Notes under the pieces: generated by a model
Databases searched by the model: none
What the model was told of the DNA's origin: nothing
Seen by the model: only the letters and a program-made list of their open reading frames with translations
NCBI GenBank assembly: GCA_951406725.2
Contig: OX597838.1
Coordinates: 21,886,001 to 21,950,000, forward strand
DNA: 64,000 bases
From: Octopus vulgaris
Taxonomy: Eukaryota
Direction of reading: 5' to 3'
Shown here: positions 28,106 through 42,139 of the stretch, one piece after another
Position numbering within the stretch: the stretch's first letter is position 1
How the letters are laid out: each line of letters opens with the position of its first letter
Position numbers and translations under genes: made by a program

Positions 28106-28229
28106 AAGTTTATGTTTTCATCTTATACCTTCTTCATCTTCTTAGTTCTTGGACTACGGTCATGATGGAGCACCACTTCGAAGAGTTTTAGTGGAACAAA
28201 TCGTCACCAGTACTTACGACGTACTCTCT

Positions 28230-28454
28230 TTTACTCTTTTACTTGTTTCAGTCATTAGACTGTGGCCATGCTGGAACACCGCCTTTAGTAGAAGAAATCA
28301 ACTCCAGGACTTATTCTTTGTAAGCCTAGTACTTATTCTATCGGTCTATTTTGCCGAACCGCTAAGTTACAGGGACGTAAACACACCAGTATCGTCTGTC
28401 ATGCGATGTTGGGGTGACAAACACAGACACACAAACATATACACACACATACAC

Positions 28455-28529
<75 letters not shown>

Positions 28530-28692
28530 TACGATGGGCTTCTTTCAGTTTCCGTCTATCAAATCCACTCACAAGGCTTTGGTCGGTTTGGGGCTTTAGT
28601 AGAAGACACTTGCCCAAGGTGCCACGCAGTGGGACTGAACCCGGAACCATGTGGTTGGTAAGCAAGCTACTTACCACACAGCCACTCCTACT
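28230..28692 (-). mobile_element. SINE family A, full length
   Basis: Near-consensus reverse complement of 46297-46727. Confidence 0.9.
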
Positions 28693-29256
28693 TATTTATT
28701 TATTTATTTATTTATTTATTTGGACCCTTGTATTGTACGCTGGTACCTGATACTTTTCCCGTCGTTTCCGTTTGCCGAACAGCTATTTTTACGGCGACGT
28801 AAACAAACCAACAGTGGTTGTGAACAATCGTTTGGGGTGACAAACGCAGAAACATAGATTCATTCACACGCGCGTGTGACCACGCACTCACACACAGACG
28901 CACATACACACACACACACACATACACACACACACACACACACACATACACACGCACGCACGCACACACACACAGACGCACATACACACACACAAAGATA
29001 CACGCTTCGTTTGGCAGGCTAAACACTGCCGGCTATGTTCTTCAGTGCACAACACAATGACATGCGCACACTGACAACAGCGACTCATGGGAAAGAGGTA
29101 AGCAAGGAACTTACCACACAGCCACTCCTATATTTATATATACATGTACGTTTGTATACGTGTGTGTATATATGTGTATTTATGTAAATATCTATATAAC
29201 ATATATATATAATATATATAATATATATAATATATAATATATATATATATATATTG

Positions 29257-29308
<52 letters not shown>

Positions 29309-29419
29309 TGTGTGTGTATGTATGTATGTATGTATAATTACACGTATTCTTTGCAAGTAAGTGAACATATCCCGATTAGCCAATATTTTCACATATGCAA
29401 GTATTAAAAATGAATACCG

Positions 29420-29521
<102 letters not shown>

Positions 29522-30791
29522 TATATATGCATGTGTTTATGTATCTATGTATATGGACATGTATGTGCTTGTATGCACGGTTGTGTGTGTGTGTGTGTGT
29601 GTGAGTGTGTGTGCGTGTGTATTGTGCATTTATGTGTGTGTTCTGCGATTCTTTTTTCTTTTTTCATTTTCTTTTGTCCTTTTTCTAGGTTTTATTTTCC
29701 TCCAGCTAATCATGAAACTAACACCCTTGCCAATATCAGCAACACTTTTACTACCGCCCACAACAACAACAACAACAACAAGAGCAACGTCACCACTATC
29801 AGCGCCGCCCCCTCCGCTGATACCATTACCGCCGCTACCACCGACATCAAATCTATCAACAGTAACAGCAACAACAACAACAACAACAGCAACAACAACC
29901 AGAGAATATGAAAGATATTAAGAAGTTATGGATGCTTATGCGTTTCTCTGAAGATGGGAAGCGTTATTGAATGTAAGAAGTAAAGAAAGAAGAAGAAAAC
30001 TAAGCAAAATTAGAAAGCGAGAAAGAGAGAGAGAGAGAGAGGGGGGTGTTGGAGTGAGGAAGATGTTATAGCAGTTTGTTAGAGAATCTGGGTGTTGAAA
30101 GGAGGGAGGAAAGAGGGATGGTGTCAGAGAACAAAAAAAAGTTTATTTTCCAATACTGCTGTGAGCAATTTCTAAAATATGAAACTTAACTCTATTGTAT
30201 CTCAAATGTCAATCTTTTTCCATATCAGCTTCCATCAAAATATGAAATTTGCCAAGTAAAAAGGGAAAAGAAGACATCTTGCTTCGAACCAAAAAAAAAA
30301 AAAAAAACGGAGAAAAGAGAAAAAAAAATACAGGAAGATAATACGTTTCTATGGGATAAAAATTCTTTCTTACAATGGCATATGTCTCAAATACGAAAAA
30401 ATATGTCCAAATGTTATTGATATTTTTCTACAAAGGAGAGAAATATTTTAAATACTGTGCTAAGACAAGATCTACAAAGATATCATTGCTTTTTGTGCAA
30501 ACGAGAAATACTTTCCAATAGGTAACTACGTACGAGAATAAATCTCAATATCGCATATGATTGTATTCTTTAACTTGAAATCAGTTATTGGGCAGCGACC
30601 TTTTTGATGTATCTATTTAAAGGGTTCTGTTTTAGCTGATAATGTCCACCTTAGTTCTGTGACCGGTGTTTATCCTATCGACCACGAAAGGTGGGAAAAA
30701 CAAAGAATAATCACGTCCAAAAAAAAAGGACGCAATTGAAAGACATGTTTGTTGGTACATCGATCCTATCGTACACACACACACACACACA

Positions 30792-30832
<41 letters not shown>

Positions 30833-30843
30833 TCACATGTATA

Positions 30844-30897
<54 letters not shown>

Positions 30898-31407
30898 ATG
30901 TAAGGAACATAAAAGCATATCTGGTAAAAGAAAAACAGTAAATATAACCAGCATTACCCGGTTTACCCTGCACATAATTGCATCATATATAAGGTTACAA
31001 ACGATTCAGCCTCTGTTTTGCAGAAAAGTTTCATATACCATTCAACAAAAAGAAATGCAACTAAAATGTCCCTTGTGAAGACGTTCTGTATTATTTCTTT
31101 CTGTTTTATGGCAAAAGACAACGGCTTGGTGAGTTTACCCAATGCTAGGAATCGCATCATCAAATATTTTTCATCACAGGAGTGAACGCACGGACATGTT
31201 TTTATAAAGAGTTAATCCTAAAATCAAGCGTTGATTGAAGCACTCAAGAGATTTATTTTTACATAGAAGAAATTGTCAGTGACTTGAAAGTTTCACTCAT
31301 CGTTGGTATTGTAAGATTAGCGAAACCAGGAACCAGCGTGACCTTTAAGCCACTGTCTATCATTTCCTTGTAAAACGACATATAAGTGTACGTCTGCTTA
31401 TGTATAT

Positions 31408-31570
31408 AGGTGCAGGCGAGGCTGTATGGTAAGAAGCTTGTTTACCAACCACGTAGTACCAATTTCAGTTCTACTGCGTGACACCTAGCGCAAGTGTCTT
31501 CTAGTATAGCTTCGGGCCGACCTAAGCTTTATGACGCGATTCGGTTGACCGAAACTGAAACAAGCCTATC
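31408..31570 (+). mobile_element. SINE family A 5' half (degenerate); an opposite-strand copy lies at 31895-32050
   Basis: ggctgtatggtaagaagcttg...caagtgtcttctagtatagc. Confidence 0.7.
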
Positions 31571-31731
31571 ATATATGACAGATAGATAGAGAGAGAGATA
31601 GACAGATAGATAGATAGATAGATAGACAGGCAGACAGATAGATAGATAGATAGAGAGAGAGAGAGTGGGGGGAAGATATAGCTAGACAGACAGGCAGACG
31701 GACAGATAGATAGATTGATAGATAGCTAGAG

Positions 31732-31794
<63 letters not shown>

Positions 31795-31823
31795 CAGATA
31801 GATAGACAGACAGACAGACAGGC

Positions 31824-31886
<63 letters not shown>

Positions 31887-32889
31887 AGACACGTTAGGTT
31901 TCGTTATAGTTTGCATCTATAAAATTTACTCAGAAGGCATTGGTCAGCTCCTGGCTAGAATAGAAACACTTAACTACAGTGCTGCGCAATGAAATTGAAC
32001 CCGAAACCACGGAGTTGCAACTTAGCTGCAAAGCAAACTTCTTAACCACACAGGGAGGCCTCCGCATCCTTGAAAAATAAAACAAATAAGACATAATCAA
32101 ATAAAAGAAGATGTTACTTTACAAATATTTGTACGAATTAGGAAACGAAAGAAAAAATACTAACATAAAGATAACGAAAAGCAGAGTGAACTTGATATTC
32201 CGGTTGATGCGTGGCTGGGCCCTTTCCAAAACAAGCCGATGGGGGATGCAAGCAGCTCATATTTCGGTAAGATTGCACGCAGGAATGGCCCCACGGTTCA
32301 ATAATCGATCAGCTAGATACACTAAGAAACAAATTGAATCAAATTTTTGAAAGTTTTCCATCTCCTTAAAAGCAACTCGAAAAGTCTGTTTTATAATATT
32401 TTCTTTCGCTAATATCAACAGCCATCGCATGAACCAAAACGAAAGTAACTACGTAGAGAAGACAAGAGTAACCTCTACTACAATAGCTGCAACAACAACA
32501 ATAACAACAATAATAACAACCACTATAAATACAACAACAAGAGTAGGAGCGGCAATACTGGCCCATATGGTACTGATGCTCTCTCAGGCCCAGGCCAGGG
32601 ATACTCACGTATCATGTTGCAGTAGCGTTGCTCAAAATAACTGATAATCGATCAGCAAGACGTACTAGAGATAAATTAAATGAAATTCGCGAAGCTTTTA
32701 CTTTTTATGTCCTTCAAAATACGTGGTAAAATTCCATTCCATTTACTGATCATTTTCTTCTTCTACAAGATGGTCACCACCACCAGCACGACGACGAGAC
32801 CGACGATTGTCACGACGACGAGACCGACGATTGTCACGACGACGACGACGACCACCACCACTACCATCACCACCAACAAAAACAACAAT

Positions 32890-33080
32890 GGAGGCGCAAT
32901 GGCCCAGTGGTTAGGGCAGCAGACTCGCGGTCGTAAGAACGCGGTTTCGATTCCCAGACCGGGCATTGTGAGTGTTTATTGAGCATAAGCACCTAAGCTC
33001 TACGAGGCTCCGGCCTCGGGGTGGTGGTGAACTCCGCTGTACTCTTTCACCACAACTTTCTCTCACTCTTTCTTCCTACT
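32890..33080 (+). mobile_element. SINE family C
   Basis: ggaggcgcaatggcccagtggttagggcagc. Confidence 0.85.
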
Positions 33081-33253
33081 TCTTCCACAAAGCAGAGGAA
33101 CCATGGTGTAACCCACTATGGTGTAGTGAACTTTCAGACCCTAGTTTAGATTGCGAATCCTCTGTACCCCAGGATGGTTCAGCTCTCCACCCACTAAAAA
33201 AAAAGCCACCGTTTACAGAATGAGGATAACAACGTAGCTTTTCGCGCTGTGGT

Positions 33254-33443
33254 TTTAAGGATATCGCGAAAGGCCTGGTTTGAGGTCTAACCTTCCAAGT
33301 TCTTTTATAGGGTTTAGAAAATCTGAAGGCCCACTACAATGAATGTGTAAATCTGAGAGGGGAATATGTTGAATAAAATCATAATTAACTGATCCTCCTG
33401 TATTTTCTTTGACCCAAAGCCAGGAATTTTCTGCATCCCCTCG
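33254..33443. mobile_element. Mariner-type MITE (same family as 59979-60988), one end truncated
   Basis: Shared body gaatatgttgaataaaatcataattaactgatcctcctg and TIR ccaggaattttc..cccctcgta. Confidence 0.8.
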
Positions 33444-33745
33444 TATATACATACAAGTACATACATATATAGCATCAACAAATAAAGGAATATTGTGACC
33501 AACTACTTACGTTATTTTGTGAACCTTTAAAAAATCCCATTGCTAAGAAAGCTGACATACCCAAAGTATTAAATACTTGGCTAAACTTTGAACATTGACC
33601 CTTATTCTCAAAATAAATTATTAAACACAATAAAACCAAAATTCTATCTACCTCCCTACATTCATTTGTGAACTCCTAAAAAGCAGCTCTATGACCTGAA
33701 GCTGACAAACCTAAATGTACACACCTGTTTATAAAGTTCTACATG

Positions 33746-34035
33746 CGTGAAAGCGCATGACTCACTGGACAGAACGTCGGGCACACAATCATGAGAGAGG
33801 GAGTTTTCACGTCGCCCAAGTTCATTTAGCTGTAGAAATGAGTTGCAACATCGCTGGTGCCAAACTGAATCATCCTTTGCATTTCTCTTGGATAACATCT
33901 GTGGCGTGGAGAGGGGAGCTGGTATGCATGGACGACTGCTGGTCTTCCATAACCAACCTTAACCGAAATTGTGCCTCGGAGGGGAACTTTCTTGGTGCAA
34001 TCCCATGGCTATTCATGACCGAAGGGGGTCTTTTC
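33746..34035 (+). mobile_element. Degenerate SINE, fourth family
   Basis: tRNA-like head followed by a cagttcatttagctgtagaaatgagt-type central motif. Confidence 0.45.
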
Positions 34036-34398
34036 CCTTACATGCATGAATAAATTATGAACAACAATATGACACCAAATTAATAAAAATTTCTCCAAAC
34101 CACCTCCTCTCCGTCACAACGTGCCCTACGACCTAATTATCCTTCAACAAAACTCCATTTATCCGACGGAAATATTTTATCTCAACAGAGATTATATAAC
34201 GACAAAGATTAACTCAAATGCATCATAGTCCGATGAGGGATTAGCTGGCTGAAACTTCGAAGTGACTGTCAATATTATTCTCGTTCAAGAATAATAAATT
34301 TCTACCAAACAATATTATAAAGTAATCCTCCAGATTAATATAAAATGATTTTTATTATCCTTGAATATAAAAACAAGCATTAATACATAGACAAATAC

Positions 34399-34406
34399 AT
34401 GTATGC

Positions 34407-34439
<33 letters not shown>

Positions 34440-34959
34440 TGTATGTATGTATGTATGTATGTATGTATGTATGTATGTATGTATGTATGTGTGTTTGTGT
34501 GTGTGTTTGTGTGTGTGTATGTATGTATGTCATTATTCAGTTTTATTCCAAGATTTCTTGCCAATAGCGAAAGAACCGATTTCTAACCTAGACCCAAGGC
34601 TCCTTCATTAGAATTTCAACATCAACAACAGGGTATTTTTATAAGTATGTATGTATGTATGTATGTATGTATGTATGTATGTATGTATGTATGTATGTAT
34701 GTATGTATGTATGTATGTATGTATGTATGTATGTATGTATGTATGTATGTATGTATGTATGTATGTATGTATGTATGTATGTATGTATGCAGAGTTTCAT
34801 GTTTTGCTTTAAGTGTATATTCTCCTGCATGTAGTTGCATATCTAGACATGTTCATATGTATTTAAATGACAAACTTCTGTAAAGCTTTATAGATTTTTA
34901 CAGTTCCATCGATGGATTGGATCTGTAGTCTTTGAATTAGCTTTCTATATGTATGTATG

Positions 34960-34993
<34 letters not shown>

Positions 34994-35424
34994 TGTATGT
35001 ATGTATGTATGTATGTATGTATGTGTGTTTGTGTATGTGTTTGTGTGTGTGTATGTATGTATGTCATTATTCAGTTTTATTCCAAGATTTCTTGCCAATA
35101 GCGAAAGAACCGATTTCTAACCTAGACCCAAGGCTCCTTCATTAGAATTTCAACATCAACAACAGGGTATTTTTATAAGTATGTATGTATGTATGTATGT
35201 ATGTATGTATGTATGTATGTATGTATGTATGTATGTATGTATGTATGTATGTATGTATGTATGTATGCAGAGTTTCATGTTTTGCTTTAAGTGTATATTC
35301 TCCTGCATGTAGTTGCATATCTAGACATGTTCATATGTATTTAAATGACAAACTTCTGTAAAGTTTTATAGATTTTTACAGTTCCATCGATGGATTGGAT
35401 CTGTAGTCTTTGAATTAGCTTTCT
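34399..35424. repeat. Tandem duplication of a ~500-bp unit bounded by (TATG)n
   Basis: Unique blocks 34531-34645 and 34790-34945 recur near-identically at 35064-35178 and 35268-35424. Confidence 0.95.
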
Positions 35425-36700
35425 ATATGTATGTATGTATATATTTATGTATGTATGTATGTATGTATGTATGTATGTATGTATGTATGTATGTATGTAT
35501 GCATGCATGCATGTATGTATCTGTAGTCTTGAATTGGATCTGTAGTCTTTGAATTAGCTTTCTATATGTATGTATGTATATATGTATGTATGCATGTATG
35601 TATGTATGTATGTATGTATGTATGTATGTATGTATGTATGTATGTATGTATGTATGTATGTATGTATGTATGTATGTATGTATGTATGTATGTATGTATG
35701 TGATCATGAATGCATGCATTTGTGTTTGTATGTATGTAATGTATGTATGTATGTATGTGTGTGTATGTATGTATGCATGTATTTCTGAGTATGTATGTAG
35801 TATTAATATATCCATGTATGCATGTATGCAAGTATGTATGTATACATGCATGGATACTTTCGTGCATATATATATGTATGTGTCTATATGTACGTACGTC
35901 TGTATGTATATATGTATGCATGTTTATGTATGTGTGTATATATCTACATACGTACGTATGTATGTATGTTTATGTATGTGTGTCTATATGTGCGTACGAA
36001 CGTACGCATGTATGTATGTATGTATGTATGTATGTATGTATGTATGTATGTTATGTATGTATGTATGCTATGTACGTATGTATGCATGTACGCATGTATG
36101 TATGTTATGTATGTATGTATGCATGTACGTACGTATGTATGTATGTATGTATGTATGTATGTATGTATGTATGTATGTATGTATGTATGTATGTATATAT
36201 GTATGTATGTACGTATGCATGTGTTTATATTACATATCCCAGGCGAACAGACTCAACGCAATATATTTTTGCGTTAGCAAGCGACATGTTATATTCTCTC
36301 AACAGATATAAACGCTTGTCGTCAGCCATTTTCCCCACCAACTAATCTAACGAAATTAGGTTAGGGAACACATTATGAAGAACAATACTGAATTCCGTGC
36401 CATCCTATTAGTGTTTCACAAATCTTTGATTGGAAACGATATCAATATTATCAAAAAAGTGGTTCTCAGTTTCATAGAGTTCCCTGGAACTCAGCCATAT
36501 TTTTCTAACATTCGACAGTTCCCACTGATCATTATTATCGCGGAATCGACTGAAGATGACAGACACGTAAAGGAAAAATAATATATGGAGATATCAGTTC
36601 GTTTCTTCATATCTTGTAACAATATAGTTTGCAAATACTATCTTTCTGCTAGTCCCTCTGTCTGTCTGTCTGTCTGTCTGTCTGTATATATGTAGGCCCG

Positions 36701-37148
<448 letters not shown>

Positions 37149-37412
37149 GGCTGTGATTTCGTTATCTTCTTTCTCTTTACCATATACGGGTTACAAATTC
37201 TGTTTGTTTGTGGAGACTTATTTTTCTAGTTGTAGTAATGGTAACCTATTTGGCTGCTATTTCTAATATTTTCGGTATGTGGTTTAAGCAACTTGTTGCA
37301 ATTAACCATTTATTATAATTATATATAATCCTTACCGAATATGGTCATTTCCATACCGAAAAAACTACTAGGTGAAATTTATTAATTTTATTAAATTAAT
37401 TATGTGTATACA

Positions 37413-37510
<98 letters not shown>

Positions 37511-37710
37511 GTATATATGCATGTATGATGTATGTATGCATACATGCATATATATATATATTCATATATATGCATACATACATACAGACGCACTCATATA
37601 AAGGCATGCATACTTACAAGGACACAATGAAAAGTGAATTACTCATTTCTTGTAAATATTTTACAGCACGTATAAGGTGACAACTTGGGGAAATTGTTAG
37701 CACACTTAGT

Positions 37711-37760
<50 letters not shown>

Positions 37761-38685
37761 CATACATATATATGTGTGTATATATATATATGTATGTATG
37801 TATTTATGGATATATGTATATATGTATGTATGTATGTATATATATAAATGTATATATACACATATATAGACATAAATACGTGTCATATATGCATATTTAT
37901 ATATTTATATATATATATATATGTACACATATTGGAACTGCCATTTAAAGCCATTTTGATGACCAATAAAGAATCCAGGTCATTTGTTTTTTTTCTCTGG
38001 GCTAAAGAGAAATATAAAAAAAGAACTACAAAAAATGAGTAGCAAACACAATACAAATGAAAATACCCCCCCCCCCCGCCAAAAAAAAAAAAGCAACAAA
38101 AACAAAAGAGTGAAAAAGAAAATGTGCAAAGGAAAATCGATGTCCAGTTCTATAAAATGTTCAGAAATGGTTTAAAAACTTGCGAACGTATTAAACGGAG
38201 TTAAAATCAAGTGATCGATAATTGCGAACAGTGAACTTATAGCAGATTGTGACTGCAGCTGAAATATCGAACGATCATCAATTTTAAATACAGACAATGA
38301 CGGCGATGACCAAGGCCGATGAACACGACGATGTCGATGACGTTGTTGACGATGAGGGTGACGATGTGGGGTGGAGTGGGGTGTGGTGGGGGTGGTCTTT
38401 GAAGCTGACGCTGACGGCGATTGGTATTGATTTAATTTACTTATGCACTTCGAGAAGTAGTAGTGAATTGGTTTTTATCGGATTGGATTGGTCGTCTGAA
38501 TCTGTCGCTTGGTTTTGTCGTCGTCGTCGTCGTCGTCATTATCATCATCATCGTCATCATCGTCATCATCGTCGTTAATATGACAATCATCATCATCATC
38601 ATGAACATCACCATCATCATCATCATCATCATCATCATCACTATCATCATCGTCATCGTCATCATCGTCATCATCGTCATCATCG

Positions 38686-38717
<32 letters not shown>

Positions 38718-39614
38718 GTTGGCATCGTCAACGTTGCCACCACCACCACCACCACCTCCTCCACTATCACCTCCAACACCACCACAACCACCACCACCAC
38801 CACCACCGTCGCCGCCACCACTACCACCACTACTTACAACACCAACCACGTCCATTACATTGTAATGAATCATTTTTCGATCACAGAATTTTGATTCGTT
38901 CCCACATAAATACTCCTGCCTTCACCTATTTATGTACTCCATGAATCTATACTCATGATTGAATACCCTATATTTATACTCATTACCAAAAGAATCCCTG
39001 TAAATCGGAAAAATTTTTATCATGAGTAAAAATTATTTGCTGTGCACCAGACATCATTTGCAATGTCCAAGACATTCCCCCGCCCCCGCCTCTGTATGGT
39101 TAGTCGCTAAAATCATTGAAAATATTTCAATAAAACAGAATATCTCTGAAATGATATTTTGTGTATTTATTCTTAAATCCTTCCGGCAAATTCAAACGCA
39201 AAATATGTTAGTCGCTGTTGTGTACGTCAGAGAACAACTCTTCTCTTTTATTCCAACAATTTGCATATTACACACTCGGCTCATTGGCGTAATAAATTCT
39301 GGAACATCGCTGTTTCGACATGTTATGTATCGTCAGTAAGAAGCATCCAAACCTTTTGAACCTAAACAAGCTATTGATTTCAGCAAACAAAATTGTTTGC
39401 CGATCAGCGTTTATATCTGCCGACTGAAAAGAAATCGTTATTTTGCACGGTGTACAGCGAGATCAGAATCGAAGACTACACATTTCTTCTTGATACGTTC
39501 TGGCAGATTCAAAGGCAAACTATATTAATTACTGTGTGTATAATACAGGATAACAGCTTCCTTCTATAACGGCAGTGTGTTCATAATAGAATCGTTTCAT
39601 TGGTGCTAGGAATT

Positions 39615-39656
39615 CTGGGACATCAGGGTTTCAACATGTTATGTTTCATCAGCCAG
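39615..39656 (-). ncRNA. Type I hammerhead ribozyme (best-preserved monomer)
   Basis: CTGG-CTGATGA-AACAT aac ATGTT-GAAA-C cctgat GT-C-CCAG. Full core, 5-bp stem II, GUC triplet; predicted cut between 39619 and 39618. Confidence 0.8.
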
Positions 39657-40439
39657 TCTCACCCGGTCCTTTGAACCTAAACCACAGCCAATAGCTTTGT
39701 TTACAATTTCAGCGAACAAGCTGTTTGCTGATCAGTACTAACATGCATCAGCTGATAAGAAATACTTAAAACGTGATCTGAAGTGTTGATTTGTATATGT
39801 ATTCTTAATACGTTCCGACAAATGCGAACACAGATATGTTAGTCGTTGTTGTGTTCGTCACCAGAGAACACCTCTTTTTTGCAACGGCAATGTGTTCATT
39901 ACGCATTCGGCTCATTGTTGCTAGGGATTCCGGAACACCGATGTTTCCTCACATGTCTCGTCAATCAGACCGACTTGCTCCTCTGAGCCTAAACAACAAC
40001 TTACAGCTTTGTTTATAATTTCAGCAAACAAGCTGTTTTGCTGATCAGTGCATGTATGCCAATAGAAATAATTGCTATTTTATAATGAGTACAGCAAAAT
40101 CCGATGTGATTATTTAGATATTTAATCTTAATACAGCACAGAAGATTCGGACGCAAAGATATGGTCATTTATGTTGTGCGCGTTACAGAAGAACAGCATG
40201 ACAATGGGTTCATAATATACTTGGCTCATTGGTGCAAAGGATTCTGGTTCACTATTGTTTCGTCATGTTGCATCTCGTCAGAAGTACCCAAACCTTTTGA
40301 GCCAGCACAAGCCCCTCGATCTATTTATACTTCCAGCAAACAAGCTGTTGGCTGGTAAGTGTTTATATCTGTCAAGGGTAAAAGAAGAAAAAAATCGTTA
40401 TTTGATAAAGTGTGCAACAAAATCGGAAACGGTGGTTTA

Positions 40440-40650
40440 TGGTGAGCTGGCAGAATCGTTAGCACGCCGGGCGAAATGCGTAGCTGTATTTCGTCTGCCG
40501 TTACGTTCTGAGTTCAAATTCCACCGAGGTCGACTTTGTTTTTCATCCTTTCAGGGTCGATAAATAAAGTACCAGTTACGCACTGGGGTCGATGTAATCG
40601 ACTTAATCAGTTTGTCTGTCTTTGTCCCCTCCTTGTGGGCAATAAAGAAA
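40440..40650 (+). mobile_element. SINE family B inserted into the HHR array
   Basis: Family B sequence interrupts the array between units 4 and 5. Confidence 0.85.
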
Positions 40651-41476
40651 TATATATATTATTCCTAAAACTTTCCGGCAGATTCGAACGCAAAAATATG
40701 CTAGTGGCTATTATGTACGTCACAGAGAACAACTTTTTCAATTTACAACGACAATGTGTTCATAAAAAGAAGAAAAAAATAGCAATAACTCGATTCATTC
40801 AGGACGTCTGAAAAAATACAAAGTCTTGAAAGAGAGACACTGAAAGAAACCCTATTCATTGCGAACAAACGGCAAATACACTCCACAGTTTGGACATCCG
40901 TAATAAATATCTAAATTACTGTAAAACATCCAACTCTCTCTCTCCATAATTGATAAAACATTCTTGTAAATATCATGAAGAATTAATGCAGGCCAGAATA
41001 TCGATAAAGTGCTTCGAGAGAGAAAGAGGGTTTTTTTCCACTTTTAAAATACAATTATCTAATTAGAGACGGATTAGTTATCAATAACATCGTTTCTAGC
41101 TGTCTCTTTTTTAATAGAGTTTAGTGTTTGATATAAGCAGAATGGAAATTCTTTTTTTTCTTTTTTTTTTCTTCTATCCGGTATAGAAGTATGATATATA
41201 CTGGAATAAAACATTTTCTGAATGACTATCTGGTATGTAGAACGGTTGAGATTGGTTGAAAGGATATATAGAATGTATGTATGTATGTATGTATGTATGT
41301 ATGTATGTATGTATGTATGTATGTATGTATGTATGTATGTATGTATGTATGTATGTACGTTCATATGTGTGTTTGTGCATGTATAAGTATATGCATACAT
41401 ATATACACATATGCACATACATGTATGTATGTATATATATATATATAAGCAAGTATACATATGTGTGTATGTGCAA

Positions 41477-41531
<55 letters not shown>

Positions 41532-41614
41532 TATATACACGCATACATATACATATATATCGATAAATGCATATATGTGTGTGTGTATTTATATATCTAT
41601 ATATATATACATAC

Positions 41615-41719
<105 letters not shown>

Positions 41720-42139
41720 TGTATGTATGTATGTATGTATGTATTCCTTAATAGAAGGAACATTTCAGCCGGTTAAACATCTGTAATAAATCAGGCAATT
41801 AACTTGATGGACGATGTGTATTGATTGTTCGATTTAAGACTCTCCATACATGACAGAATCAGTTCATTTTCCCAAGATAAATTGAAGGACACTACGGAAC
41901 TCTGTTAATGTGTGTTTCAGTGAATTCTAATATATTGATTAACGCGAATAGGAGATATTATTGAACATTAACACTATTAGGAATTAACTGCTAATATTTG
42001 AGCGGATGATTGTCTACGTAGCGCGTTTGCTCTGCTAGAATTAGTCGCCATGTCGCCCTCGAATCATTTTCGACCGTCTTTGAAAGGATGTTTTCGATAA
42101 TTTGGGCTTCTTTTAGTGCTTCTGCACATTGAAAAAATA

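Larger units (their letters stand above)
39140..40765 (-). mobile_element. Tandem array of ~315-bp hammerhead-containing monomers (non-LTR retrozyme-like)
   Basis: Four full units plus one partial diverged unit. HHR motifs at 39297-39342, 39615-39656, 39928-39970 and 40242-40284 (spacing 316/315/314). A CAGCAAACA..TGTTTGCTG hairpin is conserved in each full unit. Confidence 0.8.

Noticed and set aside
28998-29050. Minus-strand CTGAAGA..GGCAG/CTGCC..GAAG
   Set aside because: GAAA is mutated and stem I is absent, so it cannot be distinguished from chance.
39022-40563. ~315-bp repeat as a coding repeat (e.g. ~105-aa cadherin-sized domains)
   Set aside because: No reading frame is conserved between units, stops are frequent and no cadherin motifs are present. 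Conservation tracks RNA structure instead.
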